Shown here: in pieces, positions 14,470 through 28,274 of the stretch
How the letters are laid out: the number at the start of each line of letters is the position of its first letter
Numbering within the stretch: position 1 is the first letter of the stretch
DNA from: the human T2T-CHM13v2.0 reference genome, Homo sapiens
Length of the DNA: 64,000 nucleotides
Assembly (NCBI RefSeq): GCF_009914755.1
Contig: NC_060926.1
Direction: 5' to 3' (one strand)
Notes under the pieces: model-generated
What the model saw: the letters and a program-made list of their open reading frames with translations, nothing else
What the model was told of the DNA's origin: nothing
The model's database searches: none
Made by a program: the position numbers and the translations under genes

Positions 14470-15160
14470 GAAGACTCTATTACTGTGAGACTCGAAGAAG
14501 TTTCTTAATGTCTGAGCCTCAGTTCCATTATCTGTAGCCTGTTAGTGATCCATATTGTACAGGGGTGTTATATACAATACCAGTTGAGAAGATGCATATA
14601 AAGTGCTTTAAAAATAAATGATATAGAAACATGATGCAAGCAAGAGTGTCTTCGAAACCATTTGATTATTAACACTGACAACCTTTTCTGTGCCCCACTC
14701 AGAAGCCTGATGACATTCAGTGCTGCTGGGCTGTGATACCAAAATGTTTATTAGCATTTTCATTCTATAGCAACCTTTTCCCCATTTCTGGGTGGCAAGT
14801 GGTGATAAGGGAAGGGATAAAGAAGAAAACATGATGGATTTTTATGAAGTAAACGAGAAAGAACCAAGTTCCCATCATTAGGATTTCTCAGGTTGGTGCT
14901 AAGAAAAGGAAAGAAAAAGAGGATGGGGAGTAACAGGCAAAAGCAAAACAAAAAACTGATGAAATGGGGAAGTGGCTGACTAGGATGAAGTCAGAGAATT
15001 AGAAGACCTGGATGAAGTCTCAGCTTTACCGCCTCCTAGCTGTGACCACACCTGAGCTCCTGAACCTCTCAGCCCCAATTTCCTCAGCTATAAAAATGCA
15101 AATACCCACCCTACAGACCAGACTGAATTTATCAGATGATGTATGTGAAGTACTATGTGA
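14470..15160 (+). mobile_element. Two MIR fragments (~14470-14610 and ~14970-15160)
   Basis: MIR cores TCTGAGCCTCAGTTCCATTATCTGT and CTAGCTGTGACC...AACCTCTCAG...TTTCCTCAGCTATAAAAATG. Confidence 0.6.
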
Positions 15161-15483
15161 GCAACTGTGTACAATTAGTTATTGTTATGATCAAGAGAAA
15201 GGGGCATTGTGGATGGTCTATCGGTTCCCAGGGGCTGGTGGAGTCCCTGGATAGGAGTATGCAGCAACTTGGCTCCAGTTTCTGTAATCCCATGGGGGTC
15301 AGAACCCTGGGGTTTGAGAAACAATGCTGCAGAATATCTTTCAGTCTTGTCCTTCATCACTCTATTTACTGAATCAATTTGGCCTAGAGGATATCTGGTG
15401 CCAGGGTTGATAAAAGCTGTCTTGGGATTTTTACAGCTGTCTGGTCAGAAGACATGCTTATGCCATAACAGCTCCAGCTCCTT

Positions 15484-15489
15484 CTCTCA

Positions 15490-15542
<53 letters not shown>
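15484..15542. repeat. (CT)n(CA)n compound microsatellite
   Basis: Read directly from the sequence. Confidence 0.95.
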
Positions 15543-15544
<2 letters not shown>

Positions 15545-16674
15545 ACAGCACTAGAATGTGCTTTACATATGAAGTTGATTCCCCTGATCATTATCAGTAG
15601 GACATAGGGTGATTTCTTCAGATAGGTATGCTCTGATTAATGTTCACCCTCCTCCTTTAATAAATTGCAGAAGTGTCCCATGTTTATCTCCAAAAAATTA
15701 GAAAATACAAATAAGCAAGAAGAAAAAAAATCATCCAAAATCCCACCCCTGTAGAAGTTAACCCTGTTAACTTTTTTGTATATCCTTCCAGACTATTATA
15801 TAAATAAATACACATATATCTGAGAGATATTGGCTTTTTGTTTGTTTTTACTTAATTAAGCTTTTCAGTAAAACACATGGAAGCAGGCCCTTCATTAACA
15901 TTTGTGGAGCTCCAGGCCAGAGTACATATAGAGGCCTGCTTACTATATATCTAAATATTTCAAAGTTAAAAATCAAGCAAAGAAATGGTTAAATAAAATT
16001 TGTTTTATGCTTTGATCTTGACAGATATTCCTTTATAATGACTTGGAAGGACATATTTTAATTTGGAGTTCTCAAACATCTCAGAATTCAACCAAAAAGG
16101 GGTGCAGAGAGAGTCAGCTCCCTTCCCCTATCCTGCTTTTCAGGGTCCCAAGTACACATGTGCACACTCCAGCTGCAGGTGTCAGGCATGTCTTCAGCAC
16201 CCACAAACAGCTCTGCATGGCTACCACTCAGACCTGGGAGTGCACAGACCAGACGCCACTCCACCCTCAGGATTATGGGCACAGAAGAGAGGCACATGCA
16301 GCTTCTGGATGCAGGCTTTGGGCCTGTGGGCAGGGAACTCCTGGGGTCCCAGTTACCTGAGCGTGGTCTAGAAGATGGGGCTAATACAGGCTCTAGGCAT
16401 AAGCAAAAAGTGTCTGGAGGAGGGACAGAAACAGAAAGTCCCAAAGCATAGGGATTTCTTGCCTTGGTTTAAGGGTGGTACTGACGGGAAAATGGTGTCA
16501 GATACAGGAGTTGTTGGGAAGAACACCTATTCCTCTTTCCTTAATATTCCTTGAAAGTGAGAAAATTTCTGTTCCACAAGGTAGGAAGCAAAAGAAAAGG
16601 AGCCTCTCTCTACTCCATATTTATTCCAAGGGAGGAGGAGCAACTTAAGGAACTAAGGAACCAGACAAATCCAA

Positions 16675-16692
16675 CTCTCTCTCTCCCTCTTT

Positions 16693-16734
<42 letters not shown>

Positions 16735-16752
16735 CTCTTTCTGTGTCTCTCT
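16675..16752. repeat. (CT)n/(GT)n microsatellite
   Basis: Read directly from the sequence. Confidence 0.9.
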
Positions 16753-16764
16753 CAAGATAGGTAA

Positions 16765-17162
<398 letters not shown>

Positions 17163-17169
17163 AGGTTAA

Positions 17170-17870
17170 ACAACAGATTAGACAGATAAGGAGAGAATTA
17201 GTGAAGGGAAGGATAGCTCTAGAGATAATTCAGCACATTCTACATCAGACAGGGAGAGAAATAAAAGTAGGTAAGAGACACAGAGGATAGATTTCCAGAA
17301 GAATATATCTAATCAGAATTTCAGAAGGATATGAAAGAGAATTGGGAAGAAGTATTTGAAGAGTTAATGGCTGACAGTTCTTCAGAATTGATGAAAATTA
17401 TTCTCAAAATCAGAATATCCACATAGACTTTAAAATCACCTCTCAATTTACACATACGCATAGCCTACAGGATTTTTAAAAGGAAAAAGTTTTAAATTAT
17501 ACCATTTATAATGGCATGAAAAATTCAGATACTTTGCAATAAATATTTTTAAAGATTGATAAAGGCACATATATCAGCAGGAAAAAACATTTTCAGGCAG
17601 ACTATACATTATATGTGTTGAAACATCACTATAGCCCATAAATATCTGCATGTTATTATATGTCAATTAGAAAATAAAATAACTCTTAAAAAGTCCTAAA
17701 TTTAAAAATGGTGGGAAATACCATGTTGATGAATTGGTAAACTCAGTATAGTAAAGATGTTGTTTTTCCTCAAATTGATCTATATATTCAATAGTCTTAA
17801 TAAAAATTCCAGTCTACTTTTTTGTGGAAATTAAAAATATGATTCTAAAACATACAGGTTGAGCATCCCA
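17170..17870 (+). mobile_element. Old L1M fragments
   Basis: Degenerate L1 ORF1/ORF2-like A-rich sequence and an L1MA-like 3' end near 17600-17690. Confidence 0.55.
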
Positions 17871-17872
17871 AA

Positions 17873-19766
17873 TTCTGTATCTAGAAAACCTTATAGTCCT
17901 TCCTTCAGCTGATAAACAACTTCAGCAAAGTTTCAGGATACAAAATTAATATACAAAAATCAGTAACATTCCTATGTACCAACAACCAGCCAAGCTGAGA
18001 ACCAAATCAGAAACACCATCCCATTCACAATTGCCCCAAAAAGAATAAAATACCAAGGAATACAGCTAACGAGGGAGGTGAAAGATCTCTGCAATGAGAG
18101 TACAAAACACTGCTCAGAGAAACCAAAGATAACATGAGCAAATGGAAAACATCCCATGTTCATGGATAGGAAGAATCAATATCATTAAAATGGCGATACT
18201 GCCCAAAACAATTTATAGATTCAATGCTATTTGTATCAAACTACCAATGACATTCTTCAAAAACTAGAAAAAACTATTTTAAAATTCATATGGAACCAAA
18301 AAGGAGCCCAAATAGCCAAGGCAATCCTAAGCAAAAAGAACAAAGCTGGAGACATCATGTTACCCAACTTCAAACTATACTACATGGCTACAGGAGCAAA
18401 AACAGCATGGTATTTGTATAAAAACAACACATAAACCAATGGAACAGAATAGAGAGCCCAGAAATAAGGCTGCACACCTACAACCATCTGATCTTCAACA
18501 AAGCTGACAAAAGCAATGGGGAAAGGAATCCTTATTCAATGAATGGTGCTGGGATAACTGGTTAGCCATATGCAGAAGATTGAAACTGGACCCCTTCCTT
18601 ATACCATATTAAAAAAAAATCAACTCAAGTTGGATTAAAGATTTAAATGTAAACCCCAAAACTATAAAAACCCTGGAAGACAACCTAGGCTATACCATCC
18701 TGGACATAAGAACAGGCAAAGATTTCATGACAAAGACACCAAAAGCAATTGCAACAAAAGCAAAAATGGACAAATGGGACCTAATTAAGAGCATCTGCAC
18801 AGCAAAAGAAACTATCAACAGAGTAAAGAGAAAACCTACAGATAGAGAGAAAATTTTTGCAAACTATGCATCTGACAAAGGTCTAATATCCAGCAGCTAT
18901 AAGGAACTTAAACAAATTTACAAGAAAAAAAAACACTAAAAAGTGAACAAAGGACATGAACAGACACTCTTCTAAAGAAGACATGCATGCAGCCAACAAG
19001 CATATGGAAAGAAGCTCAATATCACTGATCATTAGAGAAGTGCAAATCAATACAATGAGATGCCATCTCAAACCCAGAATAGCTGTTATTACAGAGTCAA
19101 AAAATAAGATACTGGTGAGACTGCAGAGAAAAGGGAACACTTAATATACTGCTGGTGGCAGTATAAATTCGTTCAATCATTGTGGAAAGCAGTATGGTAA
19201 TTTTCCTAAAGACAGAAAATCCATTCAACCCAGCAATCTCATTACTAGGTATATACCTAGGGGAATATAAATCATTCTACCATAAAGACACATGCACATG
19301 AATGTTCATTGCAGCACTATTCAAATATCAAAGACATGGAATCAACCTAAATGCCCATCAACGGCAGATTGGATAAAGAAAATGTGGTACATATACAGCA
19401 TGGAATACTGTGCAGCCACAAGAAAAAATGAGATCATATCTTTTGTGGGAACATGGATGGAGCTGAAGGTCACTATCCTTAGCAAACTAACGCAGGAACA
19501 GAAAACCAAATACTGCGTGTTCTCACTTATAAGTGGGAGCTAAATGATGAGAACTCATAGACACGAAGGGAACAACATACACTGGGGCCTACTTGAGGAT
19601 AGAGACTGGGAGGAGGGAGAGGAGCAGAAAAAATAACTACTGGGAACTAGGCTTAGTACCTGGGTGATGAAATAATCTGAACAACAAACCCCCCCTCCAC
19701 GACACAAGTTTACTTATATAACAAACCTGCACATACACCCCTGAACCTAAAAGAAAAGTTTAAAAA
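17873..19766 (+). mobile_element. 5'-truncated L1PA (about L1PA13-15): ORF2 3' part plus 3' UTR
   Basis: ORF2 remnants ([27 protein letters not shown]; KTWNQPKCPSTADWIKKMW); 3' UTR ending ACAAACCTGCACATACACCCCTGAACCTAAAA; many frameshifts. Confidence 0.9.
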
Positions 19767-19799
19767 TGTAAAAACTATATATCAATAAGAAAAAAATCA

Positions 19800-20690
19800 A
19801 GTGGGAAAAAACAAGTATTTTGCAAAAGAGGATAATATCCAAAGAAAAATACAAAAATACACTCAGTCATCAGAGAAATGCAAATTAAAATAAAGAGATA
19901 GGACCACATACTCAAAAGAATGGCTAACGTTAAAATGACTCTGCATACCAAGTGTTAGGATGTGGAGTAGGAGTAACTCTTAACAATGCTAATGGGAGCA
20001 CCACTTGATAGAAACACTCCGGAAAACAGCTGGGCAATATCTGCAAACTTCGAAGATATGCATACCCTATGGCTGAACAGTTTTACTCCTGGGGTGCACA
20101 CACATACCCAAGCACAAATGCAGGCACCAAAACTCTCATACAAAAATGCTTATAGCAGCGTTATCTATAATAGTCCCCAAATTGAGAAAATCTAAATATC
20201 TACCAACAGTAAAATAGATGCATAAATGGTGGGATATTCATGCAATGATGTGGTCTGCATCAGTGAAAGTGAATGTTCTAGCCATACCACGGCAATAACA
20301 TGAGTGAATCTCTCCAACACTATGTTCAGCAAAGGAAGCCAGATGTTAAAAACATTAAAAATTTAAAAAGTGCATGCTGCATATTTCCACATATATAATA
20401 AGTTCAAAAAGCAGATTAAATTAAACTGTGTTATTTAGTGATGCATGCTTAGTATAAAAACTATAAAGGAAAGCAATGAAGTGATCACCACCAAAGACAG
20501 GCTAATGACTACTCTTGTGGGTATAAATGGGTGGTGGATGAATGGTACTAAAGGACTTCCGGGGAGCTGGCAGTATCATAGTTATTAACTGGGCTCATGG
20601 CTAACATGGTTCTTCTGGCAAATCATCAAGTTATACATTTTTGTTTTGTGCATTCTTCCCAAATGTGTGTTGTGTTTCACAGTAAAAAGC
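19800..20690 (+). mobile_element. Old L1M (L1MD/ME-like) 3' region
   Basis: Degenerate ORF2 end (CAGAGAAATGCAAATTAAAA...) and an L1ME-like 3' UTR. Confidence 0.6.
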
Positions 20691-22122
20691 ATTAAGATAT
20701 TAGGAAGAGTGCAGTCAACTCTTAATGTGAACCTGAATGTCTGCCTTCTCCTCTCCACGTTTTTGCACTTTTCTACCTCTTTGTCTTTTCCTTCTTTTTG
20801 AGGAGACCTGAGCTCTTTCCTCAAGTAATTTTTCTCACAACTCATAAAATTGACTTTTGAAAAATCATACTGCATTTTGAGGTGAAACTTGGCAACACAA
20901 ACCCAAACTTAACTCCATGTAACTTTAACTCCCCACCCACCCCCACTACCAAACACCTCCTTAAACAAAATATAACAACATTTTACAACTATAAGGTGCT
21001 TTTACCCTAAGGCAAAAATGTGGATAATTTGACATTGCACTCTAAATTCTTTATTTCTTTTGTCTAATACAGTTAAGATCCTGTGCTGTCTGGATAAATA
21101 GGGGGGTACTAACCTAAGGCAACCCAGGCCAGCATAGGCAGTGATTGAGTGTGGTCATCTTGGTGACCAAAGCCAGCTTCTCACATTTCTTCTTGAAAAG
21201 CATGGTGCTGACATGTTTAATATCCTATGGCATTCCCTTTGGGCTCTGTAGACTGATGGAAAAGGCCCCTGTTAACATCTGATGGCCAAGTTGAATAGCA
21301 CAGCCTTGAGACCCTCCACTTCACAGCTCCGGTTAGGGGGGTGATTTCTCACCAAGTTGTAGTAGAAATACCGATAGTCATATCCTGGCAGGATCCACAT
21401 ACCACCGGTTATAGGGAGAACACTTTTGTGTGCCTGGATGGTTTTGGACAAACAAAGGTGAAATCTCACCCACAACTTCATAGGGAATGATAAATCAAAA
21501 TCCAGCACACTACAAAAAAGAAAAAGATAAAGCTAAGGTTTGAAGTTTTTCTGGAAGAATTCCAAAAATGCATATTTCAAGGGAATGTCTCAGGGCAACC
21601 CTAAATAGACTGGTGACCTACAGATCAAAGACACTGTATTTTATTAGCCGTCTCCTGACCCAGCCAATCCAACTGTCCTTCCCTAACTGTTACATGCATC
21701 CAGATAAACCCTCCCCTGTCTGTCTTTACTTTCTTCCTCCGAGAATCACAAATCAACCCTGACAACATTTGGTTTCTCATCTTAAGGAATGTTGCTGGTA
21801 CATTCTTTATGTGAAAGAGGCAATCCCAGGAAGGGGTATGAACCAGACTGAATGAAGAGTATCTTATTTCATCTGCACAGAACAAAAGAGTGTCTTTCCT
21901 TTCCCAATGCCTGCAAGAGTCTAAGGACTTGAATGAAAGCAGACTGGCTGAGCTTAGTCCTAAGGATGGATACAAGGCTGGCAGGGAAGAGGGGTTCTCT
22001 GGGGTCTGTGGGGTGACTTTCCTTCCTCCATGATTGTTCTTATAATGGAGTCCTGTCTTGCTAAGGGGAGCAGTGACTGACAGGGTTATTTATCTTTGAC
22101 TGCTTCCCCACACTGATCCCAC

Positions 22123-22125
<3 letters not shown>

Positions 22126-22153
<28 letters not shown>

Positions 22154-22341
22154 TGGAGACAGAGTTTTGCTCTTGTTGCCCAGGCTGGAGTGCAATGGCG
22201 CGATCTTGCTCACTGCAAACTCCGCCTCCTGGGTTCAAGCGATTCTCCTGCCTCGGTCTCCCAAGTAGCTGGGATTACAGGCATGCACCACCACGCCCAA
22301 CTAATTTTGTATTTTTAGTAGAGACGGGGTTTCACCATGTT
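22126..22341 (-). mobile_element. 5'-truncated AluS(p/q)
   Basis: Poly(T), right arm and part of the left arm; TSD TGATCCCA(C/A)GTTCT. Confidence 0.88.
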
Positions 22342-22440
22342 GATCCCAAGTTCTATAGGTACGGTTGGGATATAATTATTTTGAAATGTTATGAGTGTTT
22401 CATAAGTTTACTCTGACCTGGGAATTTTGTGAAGTGTCAA

Positions 22441-23005
22441 TGTGGCAGGCAGCCTGAAAGACGGTTCCCAGTGATCTCTGGCTCCTGGTATTCTCAGCCT
22501 TGTGGAATCCCCATCCCTGGAGTGCCTTGTGTCTATATAAAATATTGACAACATTGAAAGGATGTCATTTCTATGAGTAGGTTACATAAGACAGTGACTT
22601 CTATCTTGCGAGCAGAAACACTTCCTGGCTGCCTTTGATAAAGCAAGCCACCATTCGGGAGAGGACCATGTGGTCAGGAACTAGGGATGGCCTTGGGCCA
22701 ACTGTCCCCATAGCCCTGAAGGAAGCAAGGAGCTGAGGAAGTCAGGTGGCCCAGCAACCCTAAAGGAACCAAATCCTGCCAACAAACACCTGAGCTTGGG
22801 GGCAAACCCAGATGGGCCTTCAGATGAGACCCTAGCCCAGGCTGACATCTTGACTGCAGCTCTGTGATAGACCCTGAGGTTAGTCCTGGCTCATCTGTGC
22901 CTGGATTTCTCTCCCTCAGAAACCATGAGATAATAAATGTGTGTGGTTTTTAAGTTGCTAACTGTATCTTAGCACTGCATTATAAAGCAGTAGGTAATTA
23001 ATACA
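22441..23005 (+). mobile_element. MLT1E/F-type MaLR solo LTR
   Basis: TGTGG...AATACA termini; CCTTCAGATGAGACC and AACCATGAGATAATAAATGTGTG motifs. Confidence 0.75.
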
Positions 23006-23904
23006 GTAGATTTCACTTAGTCACTAATTATTACAAAATATATTTCTGGATACATTTTATCATCTCAAAGATAATAGATGGACAAAATAATTAAACTGGA
23101 TATGCTTTCACTCTATGTCACATTGTGTCAAAATAAGTCATCTCCTTAGAGAATTATTTGTAAACTAACAGATTATATAAGGGCAGGCATTAAGAAGCCT
23201 CTGTGGTCTAAAATGTGACTCCTCTGATTAAAGACCTTCTGGAGTTCTGCATGAAATACATACTCTTTGCTGTGACATTCATAATGTGACTCCAAACCAC
23301 CCTCCCAAGATTCTTCCCCATCACACCACTCCTTGTTGGTACCTTATGCCCAAGGGGTGGTTCCTGACCACCCTTTCCACACTGCAGCCTGCCCTCCCCA
23401 TCTGTCTTTTCTCCTGCTGCCCTTCTGGTGCTCTCCCTGCTTTACTCTACCTCATGTCTGCTGTGGAAAGCCTGTCTCCTCAAGACCACCCCTTCGTGAG
23501 ATTTCTTACAGGTCCCACATCCACCTCTAAGCCGGGTACTCTGCCTCTTCCCCTTACACTGCAACACCACTTTTGGCCTTGTTTAGGGTATTTGCATGCT
23601 CTTCCCCTCATCCTGATTTGCTCTCTGACTCTTCTCTGATTCAGCCTCTTCTGATTTCCCATGTGAGACCAAAAGCTACATGAGGGCAGAAACTGTCCCT
23701 CATTCTTGGTGGCCCTTCCTACAACCTAGAACATCTCCTTGGGCATAGTGAAGAGATGGTCACACAGTGTTTGCAGAATTGAATTTCATGAAGGGCAGAT
23801 TGTGATGTGGTGCAGCATTACCTAGATGGTGTTAACAGAATTTCTGTGTTAACAGAGATTCTATGGCCAAAGTAGTGTGAGAAACCAAGTGCGCTCTGTC
23901 CCTT

Positions 23905-24473
23905 TGCTATGGTTTGGATAATTGTCCCCAGCAAATCTCATTGTGAAATTTGATCCAAATGTTGGAGGTGGAACCTAATGGGAGGTGTTTGGGTCATGGC
24001 AGTGGATCCCTCCTGAATAGATTAATGGCCTCCCTCAGGGGTGAGTGAGTTCTCACTCTGTTAGTTCTCAAGAGAGCTGGTGTTTAGAAAGAGCCTGGCA
24101 CCTCCCCTCTCTCTTCTGCTTCCTCTCTCACCACGTGTTCTCTTCACACACAGGCTCCCCTTCACTTTCTTTTTTTCTTTTTAAACAGACGGGGTTTCAC
24201 TTTGTTGCCCAGGCTGGTCTCAAATTCCTGGGCTCAAGTAATTCACCCACCTTGGCCTCCCAAAGTGCTGGGATTACAGGAGTGAGCCACCGTGCCTGTC
24301 CCCCTTTGCTTTCCATCATGAGTAGAAGCAGCCTGAAGTCCTCACCAGATGCATATGCCAGTGCCGTGCTTCCTGTACAGCCTGCAGAACTGCAGAGGCA
24401 AATAAACTCCTTTTCATTATAAATCACCCAGCCTCAGCTATTTCTTTATAGCAACACAAAATGGACTAAGACA
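23905..24473 (+). mobile_element. MST-type MaLR LTR containing an antisense FLAM_C (~24170-24298)
   Basis: TGCTATGGTTTGGA start and ATGGACTAAGACA end; Alu monomer inside. Confidence 0.8.
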
Positions 24474-27381
24474 CCCTCCATGAAGAGCCACCCTGGGCAT
24501 TAGATGACTAAAGTCTCTAAGAAGCTCTGCAGTAAAGAAACAGGCAGAGCCCAACATTCCACTCTGGCTTTCTGTAATGCTGTGATTTGGGCAGAAGGTG
24601 TGGAAGCTGCCTACTTACCTCTCTACGGGATCTCTGCCCATGTAGAGCTCACCTGAGAGCGGATGCTGTATGTTTTGTTTTGTTCTTTTCTCTCAATAAG
24701 GCTGTGAGTTTATCACACTTTGTAGTCTATACTCATTTCCCTTGTTTAGTCACAGGTGATTCCAGGGCGATTTCAATTGATGATGCTTCGAACGGATACT
24801 CAACTCCTAAAAATACACAAATCCCGCTGTTAGAAACTAAGCCACTTCTATTGCATTTAGAACCGTATTTAATAACTAGTTTGACATGGTGACTCCTGTC
24901 CTCAAGGGACTTTTTGCTCAAGAGTGCAGTGACTAAAGATTTCAGATATTAGACACCCACTTTTTCACCAGTCTTTGCCAGATTTAATTCTATTTAATGG
25001 ATGTTGAATAAGCCTTTCCCATGTGTCAGGCACTATGCTAGATGCTTAGGGTACAAAACGTAATAATAAACTGTTCCTGCCCTAAAGAATGTCTATTCTG
25101 ACTCAGAGCATAACATATTATTTTAATATACTTCTGCGAGTGCTGAAACTCTGTTATCACCTGCACATAAGCAGGAGATGGGGAGGCACCAGTTGAAGGC
25201 GCTTAGCTGAGAGGAAAGGGGGAACCTGGGATGAGAGTTAGTTGAAAGATGCAGAAAAGTTACCCTGAGAATAAAGGTAGCAGAAAGAAAATCTAATTTA
25301 ACTTTTTTTTTTTTTTTAATATACTCTCTGCCAGCAACTCTCTGCAAGGTCCTAAGGGTTCTAAGTTGAATAAGGCCCACTCCCTCCCTTCCAGGACTTT
25401 AGCTGAGGTTGGTTGGGGCAGAAGTCGGGCAAGACTCATCGGAACGGATTAACAGAGACAGAATCCAGAGGCAACGGGGTGAATTCCAAGTATAGGTAAT
25501 ACTTCTAATTTTAATTTAAATAATCATTTATTTCCTCTAAGCTTTATTATTTTTTAAGAGCTAGCATCATTCCTCTGGGTGTCTTGAGCCTGTAGACTCA
25601 GCAGCTGTGAATTGAAGAATTTCTGTCTGGTTCCTGGTCACCTTTTCCCTGCTGAAAACACTGTCCCTCCCTTCTCTCTCTTCTTGTGCTTCACTTCCAT
25701 GAAGGAGGGCATTAGAAGAAAGGAAAAGGAAAAGTGCTTCCCTCCCTCTGTGCTCCTGGCAACTCTAATGGTAGGATCTGTTTTGGAGGACTTGCTGTAA
25801 AGCGATGGCAGTTAGCCACGTCTGGAACCTATGTCCATGGCTGAAAGAGCCACAGGCTCTGCCGTCAGGAGACCTGTGTTAGTTTTGTCTCTGCTATTCA
25901 CTGATTGTGTGCGCCTGGCATGTTAACTAAGGCTCTGTGTGTTTACCTTATCTTCAAGATGGGGTAAAAAGATACTCACAGGGGTGTGTGCAGATTAGTG
26001 CTTATGCGCTGAGCACACTGTCCAAAAGGCTATTTTAGATGTAATTCTCTTCCTCTTTTTCTTTAAATCAGAAAAGACACACTTGGTCTGAGGGTATGTT
26101 TCAGCTCAGGCATGCTGCCATCAGGACCACGTAAAGCTGGATTTTTCTACGCTAGTCCATTTGCACGTAAGCTCCTCCTTTCTCCTCCGAAGTACAATTG
26201 TTATACCTAGTAGTTGGGAAAATTGTGTCATTGTGTTTGTACCTAACACAGATGACTTAGGAATTTTTTTCTACTCCTTGGATTTATCTTCTCATTTTCT
26301 CTGGGTTACCTTGAGAAGGACAAGAAGCTGGTGTTTATATTGGCGTGCAGGATTGAGAGAGAACATAAAAATGGGTGGGACATATATATGCCGTGATGGA
26401 TGGAGTCGTGAACACTTTTGGCTTAAAAATCAAATTTCCTTTGCTATTATACTCAGGTCAAGGAAGCACCAATTACTTCAGGTCTTTCCTGGAGTAATTA
26501 ATTCACCTATAATGCCTTCCTCTCCTCCCTTCCTGTTATCCCTTCCCAGTAGCTTGTTTTTCTTTATTCAAAGAACATATACTGAGGGCTCTTAGGGACA
26601 CACACTGTACTAGGGGGAGAGCTCCCAGGAAAAGGCAGCAGGGGCAGGAGGAAATTGCGGGGAGAGGCACACAGGCGCTCACAGCCCCCATCCTTGTCTG
26701 AGTCTGACACATCTGTCCTGGGTGGCTCTTGAAGAGCTCCACAGATGCAGTAATAAGAGAAAGGGGGCAGGAAAGGGCCCTGGGCTGCAAGGATCAGAAG
26801 GCGATAACTCAGAGAGGTGGAGTGAGTGGGCACAGGCCCCACAGGATGAACTGTGCAGAGAGGACTGAGGGGGCAGCAGCAGAACCAGCCTGGCTGGTGG
26901 TGATGGGGACAGCCCAGGCCAATGGGGGTGACTTGCGGAAGAGTGGAGAGAAACCAGCAAGTGCGTGGCCATCGGTGGGGCCTGCTCTCCTCACTCTTCT
27001 CCGCAGGTCTGACCCCTTTCATTTTAGCTCCAGATAATGAGTTTCCATCACTTCATTTAGGAAAGCACCAAATGGGACGGGCCCTGTTTTGGGACTGGGG
27101 ATGCAAACACAAGCAGGACCTTGTCACTGCTCCCAGGGAGCCCGCCGCGTGGTGCTGCGGTTCCTGTTCAGGGCTGCGTAGCAGAATCACCCCGGGGAGC
27201 TTTTAAAACACACACCATCCGGAGATTCAGATTCAGCAGGACAGGGTGGGGCTGCCATTTCCCTATCTGCTGGTGAACCTCGAGCTAATGAAAATAGAAA
27301 GAGAAGGACGAGGAGGTCAACACCCCTGTTTTCCAGGCACTGTGCTAAGTGCTTTATATAAGAGGAAGTGAAATATATGAA

Positions 27382-27587
27382 CAGTGGTGTGCTTCCGCTG
27401 GCTCACACCAGCCCGGAGGGGTCAACTCTGTACCTTTCTTCTCAACTTGACATTCAGTGACATCACACTAGTACTTTGAAATGAGCCCTGGTGGGAATAT
27501 TACAGCATGGAAATGGACAAATGCTAAACACCGGGGCATTTTCCCCTCTAGAAAGCCAGTTGTTAAACATTTACCAGAACACCACTG
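27382..27587 (-). mobile_element. MER63-type hAT MITE
   Basis: TIRs CAGTGGTGTGCT / AGAACACCACTG; AGCCAGTTGTTAAACATTTACCAG motif. Confidence 0.7.
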
Positions 27588-27925
27588 TGTATATGTATGT
27601 TTCTTATTTAGTGTAATCTTCATAATAAACCCAGATATTATCCATGGACTAACACTTGACAGCTTTCAAATCACTTTTAAATACGTTGCCCTACTCTCGC
27701 AATGCCCCGTGAGGTATCCTTGTCCCCATTTTAAAGAAACATTGGCTCCAAGAGGTCACACGGCCAGGAAGGGACAGACCTGACATGAAAGGCCAAGCTT
27801 GCCTCCTATCAGCCTTGTTCCTGCTATGGCAGGCCCAGCAGGCAGATTTCTGGTTCTGAGCCAGGGTCCTGGTCACAGGGGCTGGAGGGACTAGGCCTGA
27901 CCCCGTTCTCAGATGTCTGATAACA

Positions 27926-28274
27926 GGAAGTTTCCCCCCAACACTGGGAGGCTTAGCTTAATAAATGAGTTTCCTGTTCTGCTTATTTGCGTACATTGAG
28001 GATTCTCATGCTACGTTTGGGCCTACATAGGCAGGCTTCCAGGGGCCTCCAATTCAGGGGCTTGCTGTTTCCAGGGGGACTGGCTGTGCTAGGGAAATGT
28101 GCCCTTGGCTGCCATGGAAAGAAGGGAATCTAGAACTTTTTAAAACCTGCCCCTTCAAGGTCTTGGCCAAGGCCATGGGAATTTCCAAATATTTCACTTG
28201 TCCCAATTGAGGTAGCAATGAGGACGCTTTGCTAGAATGAGGCTTAGAGATTTATGTCCCCATGGAAAATCCCC
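27926..28274. promoter_or_regulatory. Cluster of NF-kB motifs
   Basis: GGGAATTTCC at 28177-28186, GGAAAATCCC (rc GGGATTTTCC) at 28264-28273, near-match GGAAGTTTCCC at 27926-27936. Confidence 0.4.

Noticed and set aside
15884-16483. Possible hAT-Tip100-like element
   Set aside because: The ends look TIR-like (CAGGCCC.../...GTACTG), but I cannot assign a family with confidence.
17972-19543. ORFs resembling a reverse-transcriptase protein C-terminus (also 58668-60018)
   Set aside because: Frameshifted L1 ORF2 remnants of 5'-truncated, inactive elements.
21272-21508. 78-aa minus-strand ORF with an aromatic-rich segment, possible pseudogene fragment
   Set aside because: I cannot match it to any protein, and there is no poly(A) or TSD. 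A BLASTX/Dfam search of 21.2-22.1 kb would settle it.
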